64,000 nucleotides of DNA from Epiperipatus broadwayi (lineage: Eukaryota > Animalia > Onychophora), in contig JAQFVV010000001.1 of the NCBI GenBank assembly GCA_028023455.1, forward strand, positions 13,578,001 to 13,642,000, written 5' to 3'. Both the position numbers and the translations under genes were made by a program. Each line of letters starts with the position of its first letter. Positions within the stretch are counted from its first letter, which is position 1. The notes below the pieces were generated by a model, which worked only from the letters and a program-made list of their open reading frames with translations, was not told the origin of the DNA and searched no databases. Of the stretch, positions 36,660 through 50,495 are shown one piece after another.

Positions 36660-36917
36660 TTAATCAAAATATTTTAGATAAATACTAAAAAATTTCATAT
36701 GCCTATATAAAATTCAAATAAAATTTTTGCTATAGCCAGCTTACAGCATTTCCCACCATCTTGAGTAGCATTGATTGCTACTCAAAATTGGCAAAAAAAA
36801 TGCTGATTGCTATTCAAGATGGTGGAAAATGGTGTAAGTTGGATATAGCAAAGATTTTATATGTATTTTATATAGGCATATGGAATTTTTTAATATTTAT
36901 TCCAGAATACTTTGATT
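36660..36917. repeat. MITE-like fold-back, arms ~110 bp, with a small internal hairpin
   Basis: catatgcctatataaaat...tttgctatagccagcttacagcatttcccaccatcttgagtagca pairs with tgctattcaagatggtggaaaatggtgtaagttggatatagcaaag...attttatataggcatatg; internal ttgagtagca-ttgat-tgctactcaa. Confidence 0.85.
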
Positions 36918-37974
36918 ATTATATTTATTTCATTTGATTATTATATATATGTTTATAATAATCAGACCTCCAAGAATAGATGGATTTATTCTATTCTTGA
37001 TCCTTTGTTCAACATTTAGGAGTGCTTTTAATTTCTAGTTTGAGAAGGTGTGATTGATTCCATTTGTTTACACATCTACTGAGTTATTTTTTAATTTAAT
37101 GTTTTTATATGTGTATATAATTGAGCTAAGATGAAAATGCACCGAGATAATACAATAATTTGAATATATATATAATACTATAATTTGAATATATATATAT
37201 ACATGCACACACAGATCATATAAAACATACTTAGACTGTTCTGACATTAATTAACACTATCATTACTGAATAAAAAGAAATAATCATAGAATATAGTGGA
37301 TATAAAAAAGTTTTACATTTTTTAAAAAGATAATCCTGTTTCACAATAGGTACCACATCTTACATTATACTTTTTATGGTGTAGTATATTATAACAGGAA
37401 AAGTAATAAATAGAGAAACTAGAACTCAAAAGGCAATTAGGGAAATGGTAGCAATCATTGTTTATCATTTACAAAAAGTATGTCAAGAATCAAGTAATAC
37501 TAAGACAATATAAAAATGTACACTAAGATACTTTATCATGCATTGTTAAAGTACAATAACACATTCAAGGACATTGTAAAGTGACTCAATTATATTAAAA
37601 AATGCATTTACTATCTGCAATATCATAATGTAAATGTCAAGAAGATGGAGTTAGAAAGACTTGAGCATACTATGTATTTTTAGTCTTTTTATTATTAAAA
37701 AAAAGTGTTTTTTACTGAAGAGTCAGTATATTAGTACTATGCACTATATATTTGGTAAAGTTCATACATCTCACAAAAATCTGAATATATAGTAAACCAA
37801 ATTATGTTGAATGAATGAAACTTGTTTTATGTGCAATATTTGTTGATATTTCAAACAAACTTTCAAATGTATATATATAGAATAGATGAAAAATAAATGA
37901 TAAAGAATAAAAGATTAATATTCTTTTTTTTGTTTTAGAACTCTAGTGTATATTTTGTCTATAGATGGTAAATC

Positions 37975-38240
37975 TTAAAAGAATATAATATAATTGATAA
38001 TTAAAATATATTTAACTTCCTTATTTTTCTTAATGAGACACTTTATACGAGAAATCACAAAATTCATTTTGTTACCTATTGAGAGAAATTGCTATTTTTT
38101 TAAATTACCATTAAAATCATGTATATTTAATGCTAGTATTTTAATTCCAAATTTTTTTTTATATATGTCAAAATAATTAAAAATGTGTCAACTTGAAAGA
38201 TTTTAAAACTCTGTGACTTGTATTCTTTCTTGGAAGTCTC
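37975..38240 (+). repeat. Dispersed repeat of unknown class (second copy at ~40240-40470)
   Basis: Shared aaatcttaaaa..ataat.ta.ttgataattaaaat, acactttata.gagaaatc, and tgtcaa..taa.t.aaaat. Confidence 0.6.
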
Positions 38241-41200
38241 AAACTTTTCGATGTTACTGTAACACAGTGCAGATTCGATTGCAGTTTGACTTAATTGTGT
38301 TACAAAGTTGTTTGGTCCAAAAAGTAGTAAAGATCACTTAATAAAATATTGTGACAGATTGATTAGTAAATTTATAGATTCCTGTGTGTGTGCATTTGAT
38401 TATAATATACATGTAAAAATTAATTATATCAATTTAAGAAATTAAAAGAAAATTAGTTTGTAAATTTTATAATAGTATTAAATATTTTGAAAAGAAGTGG
38501 ACTTTGTAAAATTATAATTAATAAGATGAATAACTCATATAATGTAAGGAATGGGGGGGACGGACTAGTTTTATATGCACACAAATAAATTGAATTGCAT
38601 AATTGAAGAAAATGTACTGTATTTTATTTGCATGCTGGATGGAGGCATAAAGAATAATCTACATTTTTCTCTAGTAAATTGAATGATAAATCTAAATATG
38701 TTAATAAAAATTATAAAGCAATAAAATTGAAAAAGTTAGAAAATGAATTTCAAAGGTCAGGCATGATTTTCTTTTTTTTATATTTAGATCATAATAAAAA
38801 CTATTTTATAATCATTTATAAAATAAATAAATAAATGAGGAAAGGATTTATGAAAAAATACATTGTGAAATAAATATATTAAATCTGGAAATTAGGTCTT
38901 GATAAGGATGTTTTTTGAAAAACAACTTGATATAAACAAATACAAACTTGATTACATATTAGGTATTAAAACATATTGTGAAAAGCTGAAATATAAATAG
39001 GTCTGAAAAATCACAGTAATCTTATTCTTGACTCAAAAAGACTGCAGTGCAAATTGATTCTGAGAAAATAGGAGCAACCACTGGTTTAATTAATTTCCAT
39101 CAGAATAGCTTTTAATGGTTATACTATTTTTCAATACTCTACCCACCTATTCAATTATTATGACAATAGTTAGAAAAGAACCATTTACCACAAGTGGCCA
39201 GAAAACCAAAACTGCACCAGTCTAAAGACCTGTAACTATGAAGTTGTATCCAGATGTGAGTTTAGAAATTGTGTAGAATGCAACATTTTCTGTTTTAAAG
39301 AAGAAAACCATGCCATAAGAAAAAAAGTGGATTCTGCCATAGATCTATATTATATCCTTCTCTAGTTGAACTTATCTACATTGTTTACTGTAAGCAATAT
39401 CTAAAGATCATAATCATGATCAGAACTGGATGAATAAAGACTATCATTAAAGATGTGTGCATATGTAGTAAACATATGAAGTCTGCAGAATTCACGGTTT
39501 AAAACTTTAAGACATTTTCATTTGGTAAAATCTCATCTTTATACTTAACCATAAGACCTTAAGATTTAATATATATAATTATTATTTTATTCTTTCCCAA
39601 TATTTTGCATAGTATTTATTGTATTTATCTGGTAGCAGCTGCAAAAGTATAAGCAACAATTTCATATTTTTTTATTTATTGTAAATAAATTGTGAGCTTA
39701 TTTTTTATATTAATCTATTATAATTTGTTTATACTTTTCAAACTCATTCCAAGCATATGCGATTAATATTGACTGACCATGTGAAGCCATGCAATCCACT
39801 TGGAGAATATGCAAGGGTAACAGAAGTACAATTAGGCAATGATAATCAGCAATAGTAAGTCAGTCAGATGTAAACTTTCTATTTAGAATGCTTGGTTCCT
39901 GAAGATTCATTTTAAATTAAATCTAAACAAAGAAATTAAAATTCTTTTGAATCATTATATTTAAGATAAATCTCAGTGCTAAAATTATTTTGATCATTAT
40001 CATCAGATTGTTGGTTATATTATGAAATATATTTGAGTTTAAACTTTTTATTTGAATTTCAAATATATATGATTTTGTTAGTTATATATTTGAATTTATA
40101 TTAATTTCAACTTATACTTACCTTGTCATATTTCATTTTTTTTATTCTATTATCAAATTGGTGTAACATTTGTTGAGTTATTTAGTAGTAAATAAACAAA
40201 AAAATTTAGAGCTCTAATATTTATACCGGTTATTGATTACAAATCTTAAAATATAATGTAGTTGATAATTAAAATGAAACACTTTATATGAGAAATCGTA
40301 AAAATCAATTCCCACCTATTTCTTTTTTAAAAATACCACAAATACTTAATTCTAATATTTTCATTAAAAAAATCCTATAGATGTCAAGGTAAGTGAAAAT
40401 CGGCAATTTGAATGTCTTTTAACTCTGCATTGATGCCCTGTAATTTCCTTGAAAATCTTCAATATTGTGATATTACTTTGAGAAAATATTTTAAATAGCT
40501 AAGAACATGATTTTTTGTGAAGTTTATTAAGATTCATGATTACTTTTACAAAATAATTGTATTACACTTATTAAAAAATCATGAATATAAACTATTATTT
40601 ATTTACTTTTTATGCAAGTATTTTATTTCTAGAAATAGAACATTACATTTTTCACTGTAATGTTATCAATGCAAATTACAATGAAAACTGTTTGCTAGCA
40701 CTTCATTCTTAACAGACTACATTTTTTAAAGCATAATTTGATAAGCTAGAATATATTGCAATTAAAAAAATTTAAACTTTTAATGCATAATTTGATATAT
40801 TATTAGATATTGATATTTATTCATCCACATTTTAAAACAAAAGTCAAATAAAAAATATTTTGTTTGTTTTCTTAAATGAAACTCTTTTTCCTGATTGTTG
40901 ATGACAAAAAACATTTATTATTTTATGATGTAATTTTTTCAATATTTTCATAATCATATGTGACTTTTTTAGAATTTATTTCATTTCTAAACAACTATGA
41001 AATGAAGTCAAATTTATTATATTCTGATAAATAATAATGTTCTATTGTTAAAATAAATATTGAAAGCTTATAGACAGGGGAAACAATTAAAATTGTTAAA
41101 GTGCTCATGTAGTGTGAGAGAGTTAAGTAATATTTATATAAAATAATACAGGAATTATCAACAGCAGTTAAAAATAACTATCATAAACATTTTTATAAAC

Positions 41201-41826
41201 ATTGTTGTATGCCAAATAAAATGTTTTTAATTTAATAGCTTACATTTTAACATTATTTATGAAATAGATAAATTAATTTTCATTTGTATCATACATGATT
41301 TTCAATTTTCGAAGTTTAGTTTATCACATAAAAAATATATTTAAACTGAAATCCTAAAAGTTAATTAAATTCAGTAGTATAACTTATCATAAATGACAAT
41401 TTTCATTATTTGGTTTTCTCTTGCTGTATTCACAGCTTGTTCTCATAAAACAGACTATTGTAATGCATTTTTATATTGCAAATTATCAAAGTTTTTAAAA
41501 TAATTAAGTACCATAAAAATCAAGAAAAGCATTCAAGATTCATCAAGAATGGTACAATATGTAGCTGTTCCCGTGGCTTATATATAGTTACTTGAAAATG
41601 AGTGTGATTTTGATGCATTTGTATATTGCAAGTAATATTATGATCACTTAGTATTAAATTTGATCATCTTTTAACATTTTACTTTAAATATATAGAATAA
41701 TTGAAATTTAATTAATCTGATACTTGTATAGATTCCCTGCTAAAAGCTTGCCAGGCATTCTATTTTAAATAATCCATTTTCAAGGGCTTCCAATACATGG
41801 TATAAATACTATGGCTGATTCTAAGT

Positions 41827-44152
41827 CAGTGATTCTCAACCAATGTGCTGCGGCACTTTAGTGTGCTGCAATACATAAGTGATGTCAGAAAAGTCTGCAA
41901 TGCGCATGACTATTACAGCTTTAGCTACTGATTTATAATACTATATGTTGTTTAGTCTACTAGTCAACAGATTGAAGTATGCATATGGCTACTTATATAA
42001 TTGCATTCTCATGTGTAATATCACAATATTGTGTTGTCAAACATAATTAAAATGGATTCAGAGGTAATATACAATATGTAGTTTTGAATAACTTTTTAAC
42101 AAAACCATTTCTGTTTTAAAAAAATCTTCTAACATGGATAAATGGATAAAAAAACTTAACGATGATGATGTTAGCGATCAGGTTAATGAGCCCAAGCCCA
42201 ATACAAGTAAAAATATTTCTTCTGGCAAAAAATGTAATGTTCATCATAAATATCATGACGACTTCCTAAAATTTGGATTTACTTATACCGGAAATGTAGT
42301 GTGTGATATGTGGTTGTAAATTAGCAAACAGTGCTATGGTTCCAAGCAAACTCCAATGTCACTTGCTCACTATTCATCCTTTGCTTGCATCAAAAGACAA
42401 AAACTATTTTTAAAATTCATTATTCTCAAGCACAGAACAAATCAAGTTTTTTGAAAAGCAATTTAGTGTATATGAAAAAGTTCATACAACTACTTATGAA
42501 GTGGCTAAATTAATTGCTCTTAAATTAAAACCACATAATTTAGCTGAAGAAATTATATTATCTGCTTGTTGTAAAATTGTAAAGCAAATGATTGGTGAAT
42601 CAGCAGAAATTGATATTTGTAAAGTACCACTTTCAAATGATACAATTCATCGCAGAATTATAGATTTATCTCAAAATATTGAAGAAAATACTATTAAAAC
42701 TCTTGCAAATTCAAATTTTGTTCTACAAATCGACAAAACAACTAATATTACAGGAAAAGCTCACTTAATTGCATTCGTTCAATTCATTCGCAAAAACAAT
42801 ATAATTAATCAATTTCTATGTTGTCGTGAATTATCTGAACAGGAAAACATATTTTCAATGAAATTAATTTGTATTTACAAGAAATTGAAATTTTGTGGGA
42901 TTCATGCCTTGGTATTTTCACAGATGGCACTCCCACTATGACTGGATCTATAAAAGGATTTGTAGCATATGTAAAAGAACATAATGCAGATATTGTAATT
43001 ATTCATTGTTTTTTTGCATCGGGGAAACACTGTTTACAAAACAATTACCATCAGAAATGAAAATAATACTGGAACAATGTGTTAAAATGATTAATTATAT
43101 AAAATCAAGACCATTAAAAAGTCACCTATTGAGTCAATTATGTCAGGCTATGGATTCAAAATAAGAATAGTTGTTACTGCATATGGAAGTTAGATGATTG
43201 TCAGAGGGGAAGTTTTATCTTGTATGCTTCAATGAAAAAAACAAGATAAAGATATTTTTTGAACAAGATAATAATCAAGATTTCATTGATTTGCTGGATG
43301 ACAAAATATGGTGTGCTAAGCTGATTTACTTATCTGATATTTTTGTTATTGTTAATAACATAAATAAAAGTATGAAAGGACTGAAAGAAAATATTTTAAA
43401 CTCAACTGATAAATTGTTGGGATTTTTTAAAAAAATATTTTATGGTAGAATAAAGCCTAAGAAGAAAATTTAGAAAAGTTGAGTCCGTTTCAAAAGACTG
43501 TTATAAAATAATTCATAAAATAGTTATTGATCATTTGGCAATATTAGCGCAGAGAATTGTTTATTACTTTCCAAATTTAAAAATAGACAAATTTGATTGG
43601 ATTCGAAATCCATTTGACTTTGCAAGAAAAGGAAGAACTAATTTCGGTTTGTAATAACCTAGATTTAATTTCAAATCATTCACAAGAATCAATTAATTCA
43701 TTCTGGATTAATCTTTCATACGATTATCCAACAATATCAAAAAAAGCTTTAAATATATTATTACAATTTTCCTCATCTTATTTGTGTGACTTCGGATTTG
43801 ACAAATATTAAAATGAAAAAAAGATCCAGACTTGTAAATCTGGATCATGAAATGCGAGTAGCATTATTCTTTTTACTCCCAAATATAAAAAAAATTATAA
43901 AAAAACCACTAAGCTCAAATTTCGCATTAAATGTATCAATAAATAAATGTTCTGTTAACTTTGTAATGGAATTTCATTTTATATTAAATTGAAAATTATT
44001 ATCCTATGCGATTTCTACAAAATATGTTATAGATACATCAATCATTTAAACAAGTAAAATTCTTTTAAGTTTATCTTACTGTTATGTTAGTGTGGCGCCA
44101 TTTTTTTTTTATTAAAAGTGTGCCACGACAAGAAAAAGATTGAGAATCACTG
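41827..44152 (+). mobile_element. Buster-type hAT DNA transposon, 2326 bp, both ends intact
   Basis: TIR cagtgattctcaa / ttgagaatcactg; perfect 8-bp TSD ttctaagt (41819-41826, 44153-44160) with central TA. Confidence 0.95.
42134..43930 (+). pseudogene. Frameshifted Buster/ZBED5-SCAND3-like hAT transposase
   Basis: MDKWIKK...KYHDDFLKFGFT, BED finger [59 protein letters not shown] (DESTD-like), IFTDGTPTMTG, LIYLSDIF, FSSSYLCDFGF, LDHEMRVAL; split over about eight ORFs. Confidence 0.93.
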
Positions 44153-46046
44153 TTCTAAGTTATCATATTCAACATTTACTTCTTTTAAAATTTTATTAAA
44201 ATGATAAAGAAATATAAAATCCAAAGGATTGTAATTAATTTTTTTTAATGCAAATGCAGTAAAGAATATATATATATATAAACATGATTAAGCAAACTAT
44301 AATAAACATAGTTATTCATGTTGACAAACAGGCATTGCAAATAGTTTGTAACATCACTACAAATGTGTCTTATTCATGCATTCAAAATCATATAAATTCA
44401 GCTAAATTAGATTCAATGTGTTGTCTTGCAGTCCCCAGTGTCTTATTCATGCAGTCAAAATCATACAAATTCAGCTCAATAAGATTCAGTGTGTTGTCTT
44501 TCCATCCCCAGTGTTTCTTGTTTCACCAAACCCCTCAACATTTTTATGTTTTGTGTATGGAAGTGTGTATCTCGATCTACAAAGTTATACCTTTGATTTA
44601 CTTTGAAATTTTAAATTCAGCATGGCATAATTTCTCATTTTTATATCCCTGCCAACAGTCTGAAAAAATAATAGATCCATCAACTACATTTGCTTTGGGT
44701 TATCCATAAGAATAGGTGCTGTTCTATTTGGCACAGTTACAATTAATCATTTACTGGTCTCTCTGCATAAGGTATCAAATAACCATTCCTGTGGAAGTAT
44801 TCATTCCTGTTGATATTTTCTCTTCATGAAGAGATTTTTTGTTAACTTCCACTATCTTATTAGGGCCTCCGGTTTTACATGATGGCTTAGATAAAAGGTT
44901 GGAGACATATACTTTATGTAGGGACTTATTCCAGTGAATGACAGTTTTGTCTGATATATCTAATTGTTTTCACCCATTCTATGGACATTAATTCACTACA
45001 CCAGCAGTAAAAAAATCTCAGTTCACCCACAAACATTATTTTGAAGCCATAGATGCTTAGAACATGTTTTGACATGACACTACCATAAAGTTTCATATCA
45101 TATCCATTGTCACACAATGTTTGGGTGGGCACTATCCTATAATTTTGAAAATAATTCACTGTATCTTGTTCTGTCATAAGATTCCAAGTTTTAATCATAT
45201 TTCAAAAAATGATAGGACAAAAGAGGAATAATACAAAAATCATGATAATTTTAGTCACGTGTTAACTGTTAGTTACATGTTAAGTGTCATCACATGTTAA
45301 TGTTTAGATGTTATGTTGTGAGTAGAATTTATTAAAAAATGTATTCAACTTTTTAAAATTAACATTCAATTTAGAATATACTTGTTAATATTTTTTTAAA
45401 ATTAAGATACTACACATGTTTGAAAAAATAATTTCGAAAAAAAAAAAAAGTAAACAAATATGTTGACTCTGAAAGCAAGCTTCCAGCAAGGATTCTACAT
45501 AAGTACTATTAATTTAAAATATATTTACAAAATAAAATTTTATCTTGCCTCACCAAAAACTAATTCTACTATTAAATTTGATTAACTTTTAGGATTTGTT
45601 TAAATATATTTATCACAAGATAAACTAATATTTAAAATGGTTATTAAATTTTAACATCATGACATTTGCTTATGCTCTACTTGCAAGTACAAAATTTCAT
45701 TAATTTAAAATATATTTATGCAATAAAATTTTACCTCAGATTGTCAAAAATTATAAATATCTCCATTTCTCTAGACCACAACATTTTCCAACATCTGTAA
45801 TCCTTTAATCAATGCTGGCCTTTTTTTTTTTTTGCATTTTTATGACATTAGAAAATGGTTATGATTTTGTCACATTTTTGTATAGCAATTATCAAAGTTT
45901 TTAAAAAGTTAAGTGAAAAGGAAAAATCTATAGTCTATTTAATTCTCTGGGGGAAAAGGGGAAATTGTTCAAGGTTCAACAAGATTGATGCAATATTTGT
46001 TGAATTTTAGCTAACAAACAAACAAACTTTTACATTTATATCTATA

Positions 46047-46147
46047 ATAGATAGATAGATAAATAGATAGATAGATAAATAGATAGATAGATTGATAGGT
46101 AGGTAGGTAACATAACAGATAGAATAGATAGATAGATAACAGATAGA
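46047..46147. repeat. (GATA)n imperfect microsatellite
   Basis: agatagatagat.. run. Confidence 0.95.
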
Positions 46148-46229
46148 GAGTTAGCATTGTTGTTGGTTTGGCTTCTGCAAAAGACATTTGTTCACCAACT
46201 TAACAAAATTAATGAATTAGCTGTTTGTT

Positions 46230-47065
46230 TAAATACATATGTATAATAAAGAATAGAAATAAATAGATAATATCCATGTAAATAGAAATAACCACAAATC
46301 TTTAATGCTACCAAAAAATTATCAAATACCACTAATTGACAATTCCTAAAACTAAACCAGTTTTTTTCATTAAATCTATAATAGTTTTTTTGTTTTGAGT
46401 TTTTTGTTGAAGTAAAAGGGGTCCTCTTTACTTCAAATCTAAGTTTATATATGGATCTAAACCTAGAAATATATTTTTATAGATGTGAGAATGTGAAAAA
46501 ATAGCATCTTTTTTGACATTCTACAAATAATACTTTAAACTTGTCTAGAGAGTTGTATATGTTGAATTAAATATTTCCATGAATTGTTATTAAATAAGGA
46601 GATAACATCCAGGTAAATAGAAATAACCTTTAACTTTTGATGTTACCAAGAAATTAACAATTACTATTAATTGACAATTCTTGAGACCAAAGCAGATTTT
46701 TCATTAAACCTATAATAGCTCTTTTTGTTTTGAGTTTTTTGTTTCAACCCAAGTTTTTATATGAATCTAAGACCAGAAAGCTATTCTTATAGGTGTAAAA
46801 ATGTGAAAGAATATAGCACCTTTTCTGGATTTAGATTCATATAAGAACTTGAGTTTGAGTCTAAACAAAATACTCAAAAAAAAAAAAAAAGAACTATTAT
46901 AGATTTACTAAAAAACTGGTTTGGCCTCAGGGATTGTCAATAAGTAGTAATTGATAATTTCTTGTAACAGGTTAAATATTATTTCTATTTATGTAGATAT
47001 TATTTCCTCATTTCTATTCTTTATTATAATAACATTCCATAGAAATATTTAACTCATATATATAT
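46230..47065. repeat. Family C: ~340-bp unit, two tandem copies plus one inverted copy
   Basis: 46245-46530 matches 46590-46825 (taattgacaattc, ctataatag.t.tttttgttttgagttttttgtt); 46820-47065 is their reverse complement. Confidence 0.8.
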
Positions 47066-48112
47066 ATATATTTGAAGGATTCAATTTTTTCAAATGCTGT
47101 CTATTCTCTATGAAACTTTAAAGTTTTAGTGCTACTGAAATTGGTAAGAAAAAATTTAAGAAAAAATTTCCATTTTTTCTTTTATATATGTTTTGATGCA
47201 AAAAATATTTTATTTCATATATATGTATATAACATGGAATAATGACTAGTGCATCAATCCATTATGCTACAAACTTAGATTTCTAATTAAAAGACTTAGG
47301 GAATTATGTTAAGTAGCTGAGATTTTTTAAGAACGCATAGGATTTTACTCATTAGCCAGTCCTAAAACAACTCCCCACTATTTAATTATTACTTTATAAT
47401 GAGTATGCACCTATACATAGATAGAGGACAAAAGAAGAAAAAATATCCATGTCATTACCAATCAGAAATGAAACAATTTAATAGATAAATATTTCTCCTT
47501 TGCTGGACTTCTGAGAACAGTTGCTGGAAAGGCCTCTCTCTGCATTATTTAAAGCTGTTTGTTTATCTTAATATATCAGAATATACAGATTGTTGTATGT
47601 TTGTTACTTGGTTTAATTTTTTATCTATTTATCCACAGAAAAAATCATGTATCTATATATATAATTGAATGATTATAAATAAAAATCAGAATTTCTAAGT
47701 GATATTTTACTTATTTTGAACTCAAAATAAAAGCAATTTGAACAAAGACGTTCATTTTTTGCTTTTAAAAATTACTGAAAAAAAACTAAAATGCTGAAAA
47801 AAATATATTGTTGTATTATTATTTTAAGTTGAATCAAAACTCAGATGTAAAAGTGGATAAAAAATTACCATTTTAAATTATGTCTTCCGTGTTAGTTTGT
47901 ATGTTGCAATTAACTATCAGTTAAATATATCTGGAAAGTTATAAATAAAACTTTAATTTTTCTCAATATATTTAGCAATTTCAACTAAATGATGGAAATA
48001 ATCCAACATATAACTACAAATCATATGCTATCATCACAAATCTTCAAACACTAGATCATAATTTATATTTAAAATAGAGGATAAAACAGACCACTGGAAG
48101 AGATTTGTTGAA

Positions 48113-48303
48113 GTGAAAGTGATAGTTAGCATGGAAATTAAATTATGATAATATTTATTCGAATTCTTTTATCTGAACAGTCAACACATTGTGAAAGTGA
48201 TAGTTATCTTAGAAATTAAATTGTGATGAAAGTGATAGTTGGCTTGGAAATTAAATTATGATAATATTTATTCTAGTTCCTTTATCTGAACAGTCAACAA
48301 ACA
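48113..48303. repeat. Local tandem duplication (~75-bp unit plus partial copy)
   Basis: gtgaaagtgatagtt...gaaattaaattatgataatatttatt...tttatctgaacagtcaac occurs twice. Confidence 0.85.
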
Positions 48304-49644
48304 CTGGATGTATTACAAAACTATGTTTTGAGTCTATAATAATTGGTTGTTAACTGAATATTTTATTAAGATTCTAAACTCAACTTCTCTTCATAAATAA
48401 TTGCATATAGATAAAATTATATATTTTTGTAATTTCACTTATAAACTCATTGCAGAATCTTTTCATCTTTGGCTGAAGAATCCTAGATTTAGCTTTTTTT
48501 AAGCTCACTTTCTCTGCATAGTATACTCAAAATACTATCTTCATTTACATCCTTAATAATTAGTGTGTAATAATTTTGGGATATCCAAAACTGGTCAGTG
48601 TTACTTTGAATTGTAGAGAGAAAATAATTTCTAGTGAATGAATGCAATTCTTTGTCTGATAAATTCTACCATTTGAATGAAAACCCAAGAGCCAAAAATT
48701 GATCATGGAAGTCTGTGAGCACTTATTAATTTGCTACTTGACTGATAAATCCAGAACAAGTAAATTGATTAAAAGAACTATGATAAGTACAGTTTTTGTC
48801 ACATATAACAGAAGGGGCCCTTCCAGAAACTAAGTAAAATTTGATTTTACAAAACTAATAATGTTTTCCATTACTCTAATTTGAACAGTTAATTAAATAA
48901 ATATATTAACAAGTGGAAACAAAGTAATAAATAAGAAAAAAAATGTAATATATTAAAAAAGATTCAACATGAATATGTCTGTATTAAAGGAAATAGCCAC
49001 ATCTAAAATGCACTTGATAATATTCCTAAACTTGTGAAATTTTAAATAATTGACAAACAAACTTACTTTTTGAAACTTATTTTTAAAAAATGCAATGTTT
49101 TATTTATTTAACATTATATATTACAAATATAAAATGTTGACTATTTTTAAAAAAGAGAGAAATATGAAAATGTATCAATTATCAAAGGGATAATTTAGGG
49201 TAATCAATTGACATCTTCATGCTCTCATTTCCAAATATTTGGGGTTTGCCTGTGCATAAATGTTTGGGTCGAGGGAATAGATATTCATTCTATCTTTTCA
49301 CAAAGACTTTATCTTGTGTTTGGAAAGTGGAAGTGTTCATTTATATAGTTAAATCTACAAAGCACATGTGCATTAGCTTATTGACTTACTAATATTACAT
49401 GTGTTTTAAAATGGAAGAAAAATGAAACAAAATCAAAAAGTAGAATGCTAACACGGAAACAGTAATATAAAAAGATTTTTTTTTTAAAAAAATATTTCTT
49501 TAATATGAATTTCGAATGTGGAACAAAAGTTAAAGATGTCACTTAACTAATTTATATCATTACCAATGGTACCCACTCACAAACAAATATGCCATTCCAA
49601 CAGGAAAAAAAACCCAAATTAAACATAAAACAAACAGAATAATA

Positions 49645-50342
<698 letters not shown>

Positions 50343-50362
50343 CTTAATATAATAATGGGCAT

Positions 50363-50364
<2 letters not shown>

Positions 50365-50450
<86 letters not shown>

Positions 50451-50495
50451 TAATAATAATAATAATAATAATATAACAACACCACCAACAACAAT
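50365..50495. repeat. (AAT)n microsatellite, probable tail of the adjacent minus-strand RTE LINE
   Basis: Run with GAT/AAC interruptions directly abutting the LINE 3' end. Confidence 0.9.

Larger units (their letters stand above)
41754..45474 (-). mobile_element. Merlin (IS1016/ISXO2-like) transposon with decayed transposase, interrupted by a hAT
   Basis: TIR ggcattctattttaaataatccattttca at 41754-41782. Minus-strand fragments at 44370-45198: MIKTWNL.TEQDTVNYFQNYRIVP, GGPNKIVEVN..LF.KRKY, WLFDTLCRET, VPNRTAP, SIIFSDCWQGY, FVDRDTHFHTQNI. The other TIR is truncated at ~45474. A ~65-bp tandem duplication lies at 44370-44500. Confidence 0.85.
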
